A stretch of 63,988 nt of DNA, the filler included, from Reclinomonas americana ATCC 50394 (lineage: Eukaryota), in the NCBI GenBank assembly GCA_048213135.1. It is 15 parts of 15 records of this genome, joined end to end, with 100 filler letters (N's around TTAATTAATTAA, not from the genome) between each part and the next. Parts side by side here need not be neighbours in the genome. Positions count along the whole stretch, not along the records: positions 10,423 to 20,014 come from AFZH01016946.1; positions 20,115 to 23,835 come from AFZH01016949.1; positions 23,936 to 26,885 come from AFZH01016951.1; positions 26,986 to 28,849 come from AFZH01016952.1; positions 28,950 to 33,547 come from AFZH01016953.1; 10 more parts are not named here. The stretch is one strand, 5' to 3'. The notes under the pieces were generated by a model, which did not search any database, was not told where the DNA came from, and saw only the letters and a program-made list of their open reading frames with translations. A program made the translations under genes and the position numbers. Within the stretch, counting starts at the first letter, position 1; each line of letters begins with the position of its first letter. Of the stretch, positions 10,462-32,496 are shown piece after piece.

Positions 10462-13400
10462 AGTGTTGGCCGAGAACGTGACACCTTGTGACGTCGCCAC
10501 CGCCACATGTTGCAACAGGAGAGCACCGCCAGAGAGCGTGGCTCTGTTGCCAAAAATCTGGGACGACTGCAGCAGAAGTGTGCTGTGTTCCATTGCTAGT
10601 AATGCTCCACCGTCACCGCGCGTGGCCACATTCGCCGAGATGATAACCGACGACAGGCTGTGGCTGCTGGACTCGGTGCTGAACAGACCACCGCCAAACT
10701 CAGCCTGGTTATTCGACATTACTGTTCCCTGAGACCACACGGTCTGTGATGTACCCGCGGCGTACATGCAGCCACCAAAGCCGGTCGCCATGTTCGCCGA
10801 GCACACAGCATTCGAGAGCGTCGCCTGTGCTGACTGCGACAGCCAAACGGCCCCGCCATCCACGGCCGTATTGGACACCAGCTGAGAGCCGGCAGTGATG
10901 TTCAGCGATACATTGAGTCCAGCCAGGGCCACCGCCCCACCCTGTTTCTCGGCCACATTGTGCGACATGGTGCAATTGCTTACAAGCACTGTCACAGTGC
11001 CAGTCGCCAGCGTCACCGCCAGTGCCCCAGCTTGATTCTGTGCGACATTGCCGACAAGTGACGTCTCCGCGATGACGACATTCACAGCCGTGGTCGACAG
11101 GACACTGATGGCGCCGCCATCAGCAGCCTTGTTGCCACTAAGAATGCAACCTTGCACGGAAATCGTGATCGTCGATGCATCGATCGTACCACCACCGTCA
11201 ATCGCTATGCCACCTCCGCTCGTGTCGGCTCGGTTGGAGCTAATCGTACACGCAAGAGCCTGCGACGACTCTCCAGCCAGAAACATAGCGCCTCCAAAGC
11301 TCGCAGAATTGTTGGTGAAGATAGAGCCTTCCACGACTGAAAATCGACCCACCGTCACCGCTCCTCCGCCGACAGACGATCCGTAGACCGAGTTGGAGGT
11401 GAAGTTGGAATTCCATGCAAACGAGCCTCCGCCGAGCAACAGAGCACCACCACCGCAGCCACTGCCCGTGAATGTCGTAGGTACATCAAGGACGAGAGTG
11501 TTGGCCTCGAATTGACAACCTTGCGCTTCGGTAGGTCCAGCAAACAGGACTGCGCCACCGCCGTTGGAGCTTCCGCTTGAGAATGCCACGACTGTGGGCG
11601 ACGAAGCAAACGCCCCACCCACTCCAGGCTGGTACGCTGCATTCCCACGAAAGATGCAGCCAAACACTCCGGCACCGTTCACCATGTTGATATTGAGAAG
11701 CAGAGCACCACCACCTGCGTGTCAGAGTGCACGTGAGGCATCAGTTTTGAGAGACACTCCGAGGAGCAATAATGCGAACCGTTCGTGGAGGACCCTGTAG
11801 CGAGACCCGCGTTGTTGTTTGTGTATTGCGCGAGTTGACTGGTTGAGTTGCTGATAAGGCCTCCAATGCCATCGCCATCACTCAGATTCGACTCGAACGT
11901 GCACTGTTGCAACAAGATGAGTGGCGGTTGATCGGTGCTTGTCCTAGGCCATGTATCGGTGACTGAGACGAGCGCAGCACCGCCACTGCAAATGGAAGTA
12001 CGTAGACGTTATCAACTGAATGGCGATCAGAGCGAAGAAACTGCAGAGTTAGCACTTACTTGTAACCACCCAGCGACGCGGCTATCGGAGCGATTCCTCC
12101 GACACCGTTGTGAGTCGACATGTTCTCGGAAAAGAGTGTGCGGGAGATGATACTCTGAAGAGGACTGCACGGGTTGCAACATAGAGTGAAAATATGAGAG
12201 ACAATTGGACTGCAGCATCGGAGAAACGGCGCGAAACTTGGTCTGTGGAAGGAGACGTGTCAAGCTGAGAAGGAGAGCAGATCCGCCATTCAGAGATCCC
12301 GACGCGAGCGCTGAATTCGTTGCCGTTCCACCATTTCCATTGTATGCACTGAAGAGATCGTTCGCACGTACTGTACATGAGCAGGGATGATACAGATCGC
12401 AATTAAGATGGCAGACGCAACGATGTGTTATTGTGAAACACACAGCTGGTGATCTGCAAGCACGATCAAATAATGAGCGGAGACGTCACTCCGAGGATTC
12501 TGGCGCAGACGACCAGCACCGTAAGTTGTTGCGATCCAGCACTCAGAAGGAGACCACCTCCGCCATTGAAGGAGGCTCCCGCATCACTTCTGGTTCCGTT
12601 CGAGAAGTTGTTCCCGCCACTACCGCATTGCCGCACAATGTTGCCAACAAAAGTGCTGTTCAAAAACTGCGAAAAGGTTAAGCGCGTCATGGAGTTGATC
12701 ATGAGGAGGGCGCACACACCTGAGCATTCAACGTAATGAATGGCACGTCTACCAGCATACCGCCACCGCCGTTGTTGCCCACACCACCCGGTGTGCTGCT
12801 GTCCGAAATGCAACCGTTGCCACCAGAAGCATTGGAGACCGACGCATTGGAGTCGAAAGTTGTGTTAGTCACCTGGTCAAGGGTGGAAATTCAGCTCACT
12901 CCACTTGGAACATGAATGCTGCTGTGAATTACCTGCAACGACAGCGGAAACCCGTCAGAAGAGAAATAGGCCTGCAGAGACACAGCGGCCTGGAGAAGCA
13001 CAGCGCCACCACCAGAGCGCGAGCCCCCCAGGCATTCTGTTCCTCTTGACAAGCCCATGGCTGCGTTTCGATCACCCCACTTCAACACTAGTTCTCCATC
13101 CACAAGCGTGCAGACAAGGCTCTCACCATTGTTGGCAGCCACATTCCGCGTAAACATGGAGCCGTTGACTGTTAAACTCGGACCTTGAAGATGCAGGGCG
13201 CCGCCTGCACACAAGCAACTCATGAATCGCTTCCACCATCATTTGCGACTGCTGAACAGCGCACAAACCACCACACTGAGTTCCGCCGCTGGAAGGACTG
13301 AGAGCCCCGCCTTGACAGTTGTTTGCGGCGGTGTTATCATCGAAGGTGGTGTCGTCGACCTGCCACACACCATTGGTTTCAAATGGCAAACAGCAATACT

Positions 13401-16400
13401 TCAACCACATGCACAACCACCCACACGCATGCACATATACTGAGGCTGAGACGCACAGAAAGAGTAGCAGGAGGGAGAGAGGGAGAAGGAAGAATGAGAG
13501 TCTCTTTCACACACACCACTCACCACCCCACACGCTTAGAGAGAGAGAGAGATAGTGGAAGGCGACTGAACTGAGTTGGCAAGGCAGGAGAAGAGGGCCA
13601 CAGGGGAGAGAGGGAAAGAGGAGAGAAATAGAGATTGATAGAAGAAGGCAAGAGAGGGAAAGAGTTGAGAGACAGGGAGAGAAGGAAATGAGGAGCGAGA
13701 GAGGGAGAGAGGGAGAGAGGAAAAAGGAGAGAGAAGGACAGAGGAGAGAGAAGAAAAGGCAAGGCAAGAAAGACAGAGGAGAGAGAGAGAGAGAGAGAAA
13801 CGGGAGACGGAGGCGAGGAAGCGAGTGGGAGAAACATTGAAGGACATGCATGAGTGAATGCGACACAGTGGAGAGCAAGAGAGCAACACAAACTTGAAGA
13901 GAGAAATTGGCACAGAGCGTGTTGAGAAAGGGATTGGTGGACGGAGTGCAGATAGTGTGTGTGCTGAAGAGAATGAGAGACATACCGGAGAATAGGGAGC
14001 AGGTGAATCATTGCAACGGCGAGAGAATAGAGACGTGTTGCGATCCCTTCCTCTTCTAACATACATTATCACTCACGCACCTCGACGTTGAGTACTCCCA
14101 CTTGCGCAGAAGCAAAGAGCGCTCCACCTGCGCGTAAACATCACGTATGTCAGTGTTGAATAACTGCATTGGAAAGGGCCCTCTCCCCACGCGTACCACC
14201 ACACATGCCACCGACTTGAATGGAGGGTGTTCCGTTGCAGTTGAATGTGGCGAGATTGGAGGAGAACGACGACCCAGAAACAGTCAAGGCGCCTGGGGCT
14301 GTCATTCCGGGCATGTTGTTCGGGTTGATGAACAAAGCAAGCGCACCGCCACCAATAGACGTGCCTGCTTGGTTAACACACTTCGTAACTAAATTGTTGG
14401 CAAACGCAGTGGATTGCACAGACACAGTGACGTCAGTGCTGCACTGGCTGCCAACGGACACCAAGATTGCACCACCTCCCAGCGATCCTTGGGCCAGCAG
14501 CACATTCGCAACCTGATTGCCGGTGAAGAAGCTTGTCTCCACCGTGAGCGTAAACGGACCACTGGGTCCACCGGTATCGCTGCTCACCGACAACGCGCCA
14601 CCACCAGAGTACGGCAGTGTGTGCGATCCAGTCGTGAGCGGTGACACGGAATTGTTAATAAATGTGCACCCAACAAAGCTGAGTACGGACAGTGGCGGTG
14701 GCAACGGCAAGGCCAACGACGGTGAGAGCTCGAGCATGAACCCGCCACCGGCCACGCCACTCGAGTTGTCGGTGAAATTGGAGTTGGTGACCGCAAGCGA
14801 CGACATCACGGAGACTGAAGCCGACAGCCCGCCACCGCCACCATAGGATGCCGTGTTGTTAAAGAAGGTAGATCCCTGCACCGACAGCGAGACTGTGGAG
14901 GACGTCGCTGCCACTCGACAGGCACGGAACGTGTTGTTGCTAAAGGTAGAGTCGACAATGGACACGACCAGACTCTGCGTGCCAGCCACTTGCGAGGCAA
15001 TACCAGCACCCGCACTGGCGAGCAGGCTGGTGCTGGTGGTGGGTGTGAGCTGCGCGATGGCATTGCCTGTGAAACTACAGCCTGTAAGCTGCAGAAGCGA
15101 GGGGCAGCCGGCACAGCCGCCGGTGCTGGTAGACAGCACGGTGACGGCAATGCCCGCCGAGGTCGCAGCCGGTGATGATGGTGCACTCAGCGGAACGGTA
15201 TACCAGTTGTTGGTAAAGGTGCTGTTGCTGGCAGCGACGGTGACGTAGCCGGCGGTGACACTCACGACTCCAAACGAATTGGCAGTGGCAGTCAGATTGT
15301 GCGCGGAGACTGTCACTTCTCCATTCACGGACGACACGAGAATGCATGTGCCACTGTTGGACTGCAGGAGCACGTTTTCGAGCGTCACTGAACTCGGCTC
15401 CACTCCACTCGCGGCAATCATGAGGGCCGACGCGGATGCCGATGACGGTGACGTGGCGACGGAGTTGCTAGTGAATGAGCTTCGCAACAGCACACCAGTC
15501 GCTGAACCCACCGTGAACGCCAATGTGGCAGTAAGGGAGGTGTTGGCCGCAAATGTCGAATCCGTCACGTTAAAGGCACAGCTGGTGGGGCCACTCACCT
15601 CCACGCCAAAGAGTCCATTGCTGCTGAAAGAACTCCCCGCTACTGTCACGTACACGGACACGGATTGCGTAGATGCAGGTACGGGAGTTGTCAACGCCAC
15701 GGCACCGCCGGCAAACTGAGTAAAGTGCGAGCCACTGATAACCAGAGTGACGGCAGTGTTCGCTGACGACTCAGGGCCCAACACGTTGACAGTGATTCCC
15801 GCACTGGTTGTCGTACTGGCGCTGCCTTGCAGCGATGAACCCGTCACAGACACGAGTACAGCCGGTGCAAGCTGGGATGCCTGGATATTGATGCAGGCTG
15901 CATTGAGGCAACTCATACTCGCACTCTGCGTAAGGGAAAGTCCTCCCAGTGTGGCGCCCACCAGCAATACTCCGTCCGCCACAAGCCCACCGACCACACT
16001 GTTGACCGTGTTGCCGTTCAATTGCAGTGCGTTGAGGTTGATGCTCACCACCGTCTGCGTACTGGCGGCCCAGACCACCAGCGGCGCGCCATAGAAACTG
16101 TCACCAGTGCCACCAGCAGATGGCAGAACCAACTGATTCGACGAGAATACCGTGCCGGACACTTGTACACTGGTCGCCGATACACCTGCGGCCAGCTGCA
16201 CCTGCAGTGCAGAGGCGGCGGAACTCAGCACAGACGCGAAGTTGGAGCTGAAGGTGCAGTTGGTCAGCGACACTGTGGAGACGGCACCGCTGATGGCAAC
16301 AGGAGCCGCCAGTCCGCCGCTTGTGGCTGGCGTGGTGGCTCCATTGGATTGAACTTGACAAGAGTCGAACGATACGGAAGACTCCGCGAGAGGGGACAGC

Positions 16401-19400
16401 GACAGAAGCACAGCGCCGAGAGGGTGAGATGACCATGTGCTGTTGGCACATGAGACGGTGCTCGGTTGTGTGCTGTTGCTCGATACTGACAGTCGCAGGC
16501 CCGCCGCCACTGTTGGCGTCGAGCTGGTGTTGTTGAAAAACGTGTTGCCGGTGATGGTGGCGGAGACCACGTCCATCGATTCAACGGCAACTCCAGCTAC
16601 GTCAAATATGCCAAGGTTACCCACAGCCGTACAATTATACATCGTCAGATCAGTCACCGTGCTCGCCGAGAGTGCCGCCACAAAGCCGCCGCCACTGCTC
16701 TCAAAGCGAGAGGATAGCAGCGAGATCGAGGCGGTCATGGCTGCGTTGGTGGAGAGTCGCAGAGAAGAACCGCCTTGGTTGCTCGTAAAGGTGGAGCGCA
16801 GAACCGTCACTTGACACGGAGTCGACACGCTTGCAGTGGGTGCTGACGCAGCTGCGTGCTGTGTCTGCCGCGATAATGAGTTGTGGAACAGCAAGCTGGA
16901 AACGGAGGGGAGGGATGATGGAAGTGGTGTCGTCGGTGATGGAAACGGCTCGGCACTTGAACTAGATGTGGGCGACGTGAAAAAGATGCCGTATGAGCCA
17001 TTCTCACCAGCGATGGGTAAGAATGCTATGTTGATGATGACATACGCTCGTGTGTTGGGCTCAACTCGAAAGCAGTACTGATACTGGGACCCAGAGTAAG
17101 GCATCGGAGTAGGTGCAACACCTGCCGTATTCAGCTGAAGCTCCATCTGGAGATAACCAGTAAACGGAGGACGCAGAACTGGTGGTGTAGAAGATACTTG
17201 AAGACCAGGAACAGGCTTGCCAGTCGTAGTGTCACTGTGTGCGCGCAATCGATGAGAACAAGCGCACAGAGGGGGACATAGAGAGTGAGAGAAAGAGAGA
17301 GAGACCTATACAGGGAGAGGACAGGGGGTGGAGAGGTTGAGCATGGGGGAGGGTACGTGAGGGAGAGGGTTAGGGTGAGCAAGAGAGGAGAGCAGAAGGG
17401 AAAGGGACGAGAGAGAGAGAGAGATAGATATCATAGACTCACCATATGGTAAATCCTTGTGGATCGGTATGCACGTCAATAAGGCCAAAACCATAAATGG
17501 TCACTTGTTGCATCTGCGCCGAGACTGGAAATGGGATTGCGAAATAGTACGATGGGTTATAACAATTAGGGCCGCAATAAGGCAGCACCAACCAGGGAAG
17601 TGATATTGATCCCACGTACTGGAATGAAGTTGACGACGGCCACTGCACACAGACGCTGAAGAATCCAAAATAGACTTCAGCCGGAATATGTCCAAAGTTG
17701 AGGAGCAGTAAGCTACCTGGCCCAGCCGTAATACTCGAAATGGGCCACACGGTACCTCCAGAGCACGATGTTGTTTGTTGCAAAGAGTACCCCACCACCG
17801 TAAACGTACTCAGTGGAATCTGTGAAGCCGCTGGAAAGTTCCCACCCACCAAAGTGATGGAACCCTGGCTCGTCGAGATTGATGCAGGCCACATTCCCGT
17901 CACCGTTGGTACACCGACGTTGCCAAAGTTAATTCCACCACCAGTGTTTCCCGAAAACACAGAGTCCACCACGCTCGTGGATGTGAAGGCTACTGAGCCA
18001 GAGGCCGTCGCGAGCACCGCAATGGCGCCACTGCCTCCGACAGCAGAACCAGTCGCTGAATTACCCGTAAATGTGGATCGCAAAACTGACAGCGAGGCCG
18101 GCAGGGTGGCCGTGGTCTGCGTGGTGAAGCCGACAAAGAATCCACCTGCACCGGGGAATGAATTCGCCGTGCCAGTGAGAATGTTGGAGGTGACTGTGGT
18201 GTCCGTCACACTAACAGCAAACGCTCCCGGTGCTGCCGGCGTATTCTGCACCAGCATCAAGATGCCGGCAGCGGCACAGGTCACTGCTGCACAGGAACTG
18301 GAGTTGTTCGTAAATGTGCTCTGTTGCACATACAAGCCATCCGCCTGTGCGGCCGTCACAGAAAACACCGGGCCACCCTGGTTACCAGAAGCCGTGACAC
18401 TGGTAAACGTAATGGTCTGTGGAGGCAAAGTCGCACCCGTGGCAGACAGCGTGAGAGCAATGACAGGTCCGTTCGTCTGGTTGGAGGAAACGGTAGTGCT
18501 CTGGAACAACACCGTGACGGCGGCGGTGCTCGTTGACGACACCGTGAGCAGTGGGTAGTTGTTCCCGTGTCCTCGCTGTGCAAAGCCACTGATGGTCACA
18601 GACGCAAACTCGACCGGCACGATGGCGGGTGCGCCGGAAGCGCCAACAATGGACACAGAGCCGGCACCAACAGCGGCGGCCACTGGAGGAAATGTGTTGG
18701 TGGCGGGATCTGCGCTCAAACTGAATACGACCTGCTGCACGGTGACGCCCTGCGACGCTTGCACGACGAGCGGAAGCCAGTTGTCTGTGGCGGCGCCGGT
18801 GGTGCCGGCCGTCGTGGTGACCACACTGAACGAAATCCCGCGTACCGTCACCACGCCGGCACCACTCACGGAGATACACGCGGCTTGCGTGGTGCTTTGC
18901 AGCGTCATGCTGAGCACAACCGCGCTGGTGGAGGTGCCAGCTGCAGATTCGATCGACACGTTGTTCTCGCTGGCTGAATACGTAGAGGGAGGAGGGAGGG
19001 AGGACAAAGGGAGAGAGAGGGAGAGGGAGGGAGAGGGAGGGAGAGAGAAAGTGAGTGAGTGAGCGAGAGAGAGGCATTGACAAACGCAGTATTAGGAAGC
19101 TCATCGATCAGCCACTCTGTGTGTGTGTGTGCGTGCATTCACGACGAAACTCATGATCAGGCTCCACCCCTCCGCGACGGTGAACGCTGATGACTGCAGG
19201 CTGATAAGAATGTCTGTGGTGGCGCTGGCGGCCACACACTGTTGCACTGCTGCTGGTGCATTCGCCCACGAACAAAACGAAGCCGTATCGCTTAGCTGTT
19301 CGCCGCATGGCAGTGTTGCGATGCCCGGAGAGCCAACATACACTGCCAGCAGGCATACACGCACGAACAGGCATTAGCAGAACGTGTGTGTGTGCGTGCG

Positions 19401-19526
19401 CGTGTGTGCGTGTGTCAATGTCTCACCAGTGCACACCGACGCATTCGCGACACCGATGCTCCAGCCGCAAATGCAGAACAAGAGTAAAAACGCAGAGAGG
19501 TTGCAGGCGGCACTGCGGAAGCGCAT
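10462..19526 (-). CDS. Giant secreted or surface Pmp-like (polymorphic membrane protein-like) beta-helix protein, more than 2400 aa, multi-exon
   Basis: A signal peptide MRFRSAACNLSAFLLLFCICGWSIGVANA starts at the ATG at 19526. Large exons lie within ORFs 17439-19007, 14150-17248 and 10375-11685, and about 8 small exons between 11700 and 14130 splice in frame. There are many FxxN and GGA[ILV] motifs and the composition is S/T/A/G/V-rich. Confidence 0.85.
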
Positions 19527-19942
19527 CTCCTCTCGCACAAAGACAATCACACACGGCGGGACATACACAGAAAATCGGGTGACAGGATATTGTGCGAACG
19601 CAGTGATCGATGCTGTATCGTCCGCCACCAATGTGTGTTTCTCAGCCATCCGCCCCCGTCTCAACACTCCGCGACTTTCGGTGATGTCTGGTCAAGGATT
19701 CCGCACCCGTGACCTTTTCTGCTGATGCTCTTGAGGTGAATATGGGAACTCACACACACACACTTTCTCTCTCTATTGCACACACTCACACTCTTGCATA
19801 CACTCACATTCTTGCACACAGTCACTCACACTTGCACACACACACACACACTCTCTCTCTCCTCGCACACACTCACATTCTTGCACAGTTCACACTTGCA
19901 CACACAAATACACACACTCGCTCACACACACACACACACTCA

Positions 19943-19946
<4 letters not shown>

Positions 19947-20014
<68 letters not shown>
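19947..20014. repeat. (CA)n microsatellite next to a gap, representative of many
   Basis: A pure CA run. Similar runs are (GT)n at 26986-27115 and 62785-62865, (GAGT)n at 31765-31850, and (GA)n at 43367-43404 and 62590-62650. Confidence 0.95.
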
Positions 20015-21302
20015 NNNNNNNNNNNNNNNNNNNNNNNNNNNNNNNNNNNNNNNNNNNNTTAATTAATTAANNNNNNNNNNNNNNNNNNNNNNNNNNNNNN
20101 NNNNNNNNNNNNNNGGGGAGGGAGAAGGGAAGGGGAAGGGAAGGGGAAGGGCGGAGAAGGGGAGGGAGAAGGGAAGGGGAAGGGAAGGGGAAGGGAAGGG
20201 GAAGGGAAGGGGAAGGGATTGGGAAGGGCGGAGAAGGGGAGGGAAAAGGGAATGGGAAGGGCGGAAAAGGGGAGGGAAAAGGGGAAGGACGGAGAAGGGA
20301 AGGGAGAAGGGTAAGGAGAAGTGGAAGGGAAGGGGACGGGAGAAGGGAAGAAGGGGAAGCAAAGGAGAGAGGCTCAGAACTTAAAAAGTGACTGTCAAGG
20401 TGAGAGATAGCAGAGTGGACGAGGCGAGAGGAGAGCAAATATATCGAGAGAGGGTGAGTGGGAAGATGGAGGAAAGAGAAGTGCCAGAGAATGACAAGAG
20501 CCCGAGATACAGCTACACAGAGAGCGAGGGGAGAGAGAAAGGGAGAGAAAGAGTGGGACAAGAAGCAAGCAACGATAACAGGCAGAAAGAGGGAAGTGCA
20601 GAGTCCCAGAGAGAGCAAGGAACAGAGGCGGAGAGTGAGTGCGACAAAGAAGGCATGAGCGATAAGAGAGAGAGAGAGAGAGAAGGAGAGACAGAGAGAG
20701 CAGGAGACTAATTAGAGCAAGAGATAGAGGGTGAAAGAGAGCGCGACAGACGAAGGGCAACAAAAGGTATGAGCGACGGAGAGAGAGAGAGAGAGAGACA
20801 AAAGGAGACATAAAGAGAGCACAGGAGACTGATTAGAGCAAGAAATAGAAGGTGAAAGAGAGCGCGATAGACGAAGGGCAACAAAAACGGATGAGCAAGC
20901 ACGAGAGAAAGAGACACTGAGAATAAAAGCGAGATAGGGGCATTGCGAGTGAGAGAGAGAGGGAGAGAGGGAAAGAGGGAGAGAGGGAGAGAACAAGCGC
21001 GAGAGAAAAAGGCGGGGAATGAGCGAGATAGAAGCAGTGAGATTGAGTGAGACAGAAACTAAGAATGAACGAGAAGAGCCAGCAAGTCATGATCAGAAAG
21101 AAACAGAAGGACAGCGTTGGAGTTCGACAAAGAGCGATAAGAAACGAGAGATAAAGCAGGAGACACGAGCTTACTCTCCTCCCTCGCACTGTCGGGCAAG
21201 CTAATGCACCCCTACTCTCCCCTTCTCCCTCTCCTTCCCCTCTCCCCTTCTCCCTCTCCCCTTCTCCCTCTCCTTCCCCTTCTCCTTCCCCTTTCAACTC
21301 AC

Positions 21303-22977
21303 CTCCCGCTGACGCCAGCGACGCTCTGCGCGTTGGAGCCTCCGGCGTGGCCGCCACAAACGCGACCGAGTTCTTGCGCCCAGGAGCCGGCACAGCGATC
21401 GGCGTGCTGGGAGCGAGTGACACGCGACGGCGCGCACTGGGCAGGGCCGAGGAGGCGGCCGACGACGGGCCACCGGCCGCACCCGACGGCGACTCGAGCA
21501 CCGCACTGAGGTCCAACTCACAGTCCAGGTCGCAAAACGACGACGGCGGGGCGTACGGCGTCTTTCTGCGGCGTGGAGAGACGGCCATGGACGAGGAGGA
21601 GGAGGATGAGGAGGTTTGCAGCTCACACAGCCACGTGGGGCGTGTGGTGGGTGGGGGTGGGGCGGGGGCGGAGGCACCACCGGCGGCGGCGCCGAGCGAG
21701 GATTCGGAGAAGACCATTAGGGAGGGGATGAGGAGGGGGAGGACTCTGTGGTACAGGGGGAAAGGGTGAGCGGCAGGGAAGGGGAGGGGAGGGAAAGGGG
21801 AAGGGGAAGTGGTTGGTAAGGGGAAGGGCAGAAGGAGGCAGAGGAGAAGGAGGAAGAGCACAAGGAGGCAGAGCAGAAGGAGGCAGAGCAGAAGGAGGCA
21901 GAGCAGAAGGAGGAAGAGCAGGAAGAGGAAGAGCAGAACGAGGCAAAGCAGAAGGAGGGAGAGCAGAAGGCGGAGGAGCAGTGTAGAAGGAGGAAGAGCA
22001 GGAGGAGAAGGCCAAAGACTGGCCAAGGAGGAGGCAACAACGCAAAGAGGGAAGCAGAAGTCGGAGAAGCAGGAGGAAGAGCAGAAGGAGGAGAGCAGAA
22101 GGAGGCAGAGCAGAAGGAGGAAGAGAAGAAGGAGGAAGAGCAGAAGGAGGGAGAGCAGAAGGAGGGAGAGCAGGAGGAGGAGAGCAGAAGGAGGGAGAGC
22201 AGAAGGAGGCAGAGCACAAGGAGGCAGAGCAGGATAGGCAGAGCAGAAGGAGGAAAGCAGAAGGAGGCAGAGCAGAAGGAGGAAAGCAGAAGGAGGGAGA
22301 GCAGAAGGAGGAAGAGCAGAAGGAGGAGGAGCAGGAGTAGGCAGAGCAGGAGTAGGCAGAGCAGAAGGAGGAAAGCAGAAGGAGGGAGAGCAGAAGGAGG
22401 AAGAGCAGAAGGAGGAGGAGCAGGAGTAGGCAGAGCAGGAGTAGGCAGAGCAGAAGGAGGAAGAGCAGGAGGTGGCAGAGCACAAGGAGGCAGAGCACAA
22501 GGAGGCAGAGCACAAGGAGGCATAGCAGAAGGAGGCAGAGCAGAAGGAGGCAGAGCACAAGGAGGCAGAGCACAAGGAGGCAGAGCAGAAGGAGGCAGAG
22601 CAGAAGGAGGAAGAGCACAAGGAAGAAGAGCACAAGGAGGAAGAGCACAAGGAGGAAGAGCAGAAGGAGGAAGAGCAGAAGGAGGGAGGCAGAAGGAGGG
22701 AGGCAATAGGAGGCAGAGCAGAAGGAGGGAGAGGAGAAGGCAGAGCAAGACAGACAACAACACGAGTGAGAAGAGAGCGCACTTTTGATCTCAAACAACA
22801 ACGCCACGCGAGAAACAGGAACAAAGAGCGAAAGACGTGGAGAATCACTTCTTTCCACCAAGACACAGTGAGAGTGTGCGTGTGTGTGTGACAAGGAAAG
22901 GGAGTTGTGTGAGAGTGAGAGACGCACTTGGCCGCGTGAAACAGAGGAGCCTCATCATCATCGTCCCACTCAGTCAT
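21303..22977 (-). CDS. Unknown Ser/Pro/Ala-rich protein, 5' exons only
   Basis: Exon 22977-22928 (MTEWDDDDEAPLFHAA AA|gtgcgt) splices in phase to the GC-rich exon 21745-21303 (KVLPLLIPSLMVFSES...RRASLASAG|gtgagt). No downstream exon was identified. Confidence 0.55.
21826..22750. repeat. 15-bp minisatellite (GGAGGCAGAGCAGAA and variants) filling an intron
   Basis: About 0.9 kb of tandem 15-mers. Because the unit is a multiple of 3, it produces spurious CSASF, PPSAL and LLLLC ORFs in three frames. Confidence 0.9.
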
Positions 22978-23986
22978 CGGATATCGAAAACAACACAGCA
23001 CTCTCTTTGCTCTCACACTCACACACACAGAGAGAGATGAATGATAATCATACATAACGGCAACGTTCTATCATCTTCTCTCTCTCTCTCAACTCAGAGT
23101 GTGCGCGCGCGCGAGAGGAAAATAACAAACAACGCCATATCGGACAAGCGTGCCAGCAACTCTTACCTTGTTGCTCACAAGTTCCTCAATAAACAGAGAA
23201 AGAGAGAGAGAGAGTGGAGGAGAGAAGGAGGTGGCGGGAGCGCCGAAATGCTTGATGGAAATGGATCAGCCGTTCTTCTCTTGTGCAGTTTGGGGTGATG
23301 ATTGCGTTTGCTCGCGATAAAGTTGAAAAACGCAAACCGTCGGTCGGTCGGGAAAAAGATATCGGACAGTCGTGGGCGAGGGAGGAGAGGCTGTGGTGGT
23401 GGTGCGTGGTGTAGATGAATAGGAGTGGAGTGGCGAATGTCACTGTCTCTGTGTTGGCCGAAAACCGCAAGAACGTAATGCGAGAGAAATGATCGAATTT
23501 GAAGTGGCGAAGAGACGGGCATTTTGTGGGTGCCAGTGCTGGGAAAGGTATTGTTGCAGTGGTTCCGGCGTTGTTCACTGGCGAGACTGCATTCTGCGAT
23601 CGAATATGAAAAACCGAATACTGTTTCGCACGAATTTGGAACTGTATCGCGTTGGATAAATCGGTGTTCGCCACCGACTGCAACAGAATTCGAAGGGGCT
23701 ACTTTTCTTGAAGACAATTTGCTTGTTCATGCACGAATTCTGCCCCGTTTTCTCGCTGGTCAACGTGCTTCTGATACCACATGCATCGTCGGCATTGCTA
23801 GGCTATTTTTTGCACATATTTTTCTGATCGACAGTNNNNNNNNNNNNNNNNNNNNNNNNNNNNNNNNNNNNNNNNNNNNTTAATTAATTAANNNNNNNNN
23901 NNNNNNNNNNNNNNNNNNNNNNNNNNNNNNNNNNNTGTACCAGTGAAGTTTCGACTCACTTGTCCCACACACTCATTTTCTCAATC

Positions 23987-32496
<8,510 letters not shown>

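Noticed and set aside
20833..23055. ORFs of 740, 434 and 348 aa made of CSASF, PPSAL and LLLLC pentapeptides
   Set aside because: A stop-free 15-bp intronic minisatellite is open in all three frames, and phase-compatible splice sites flank it.
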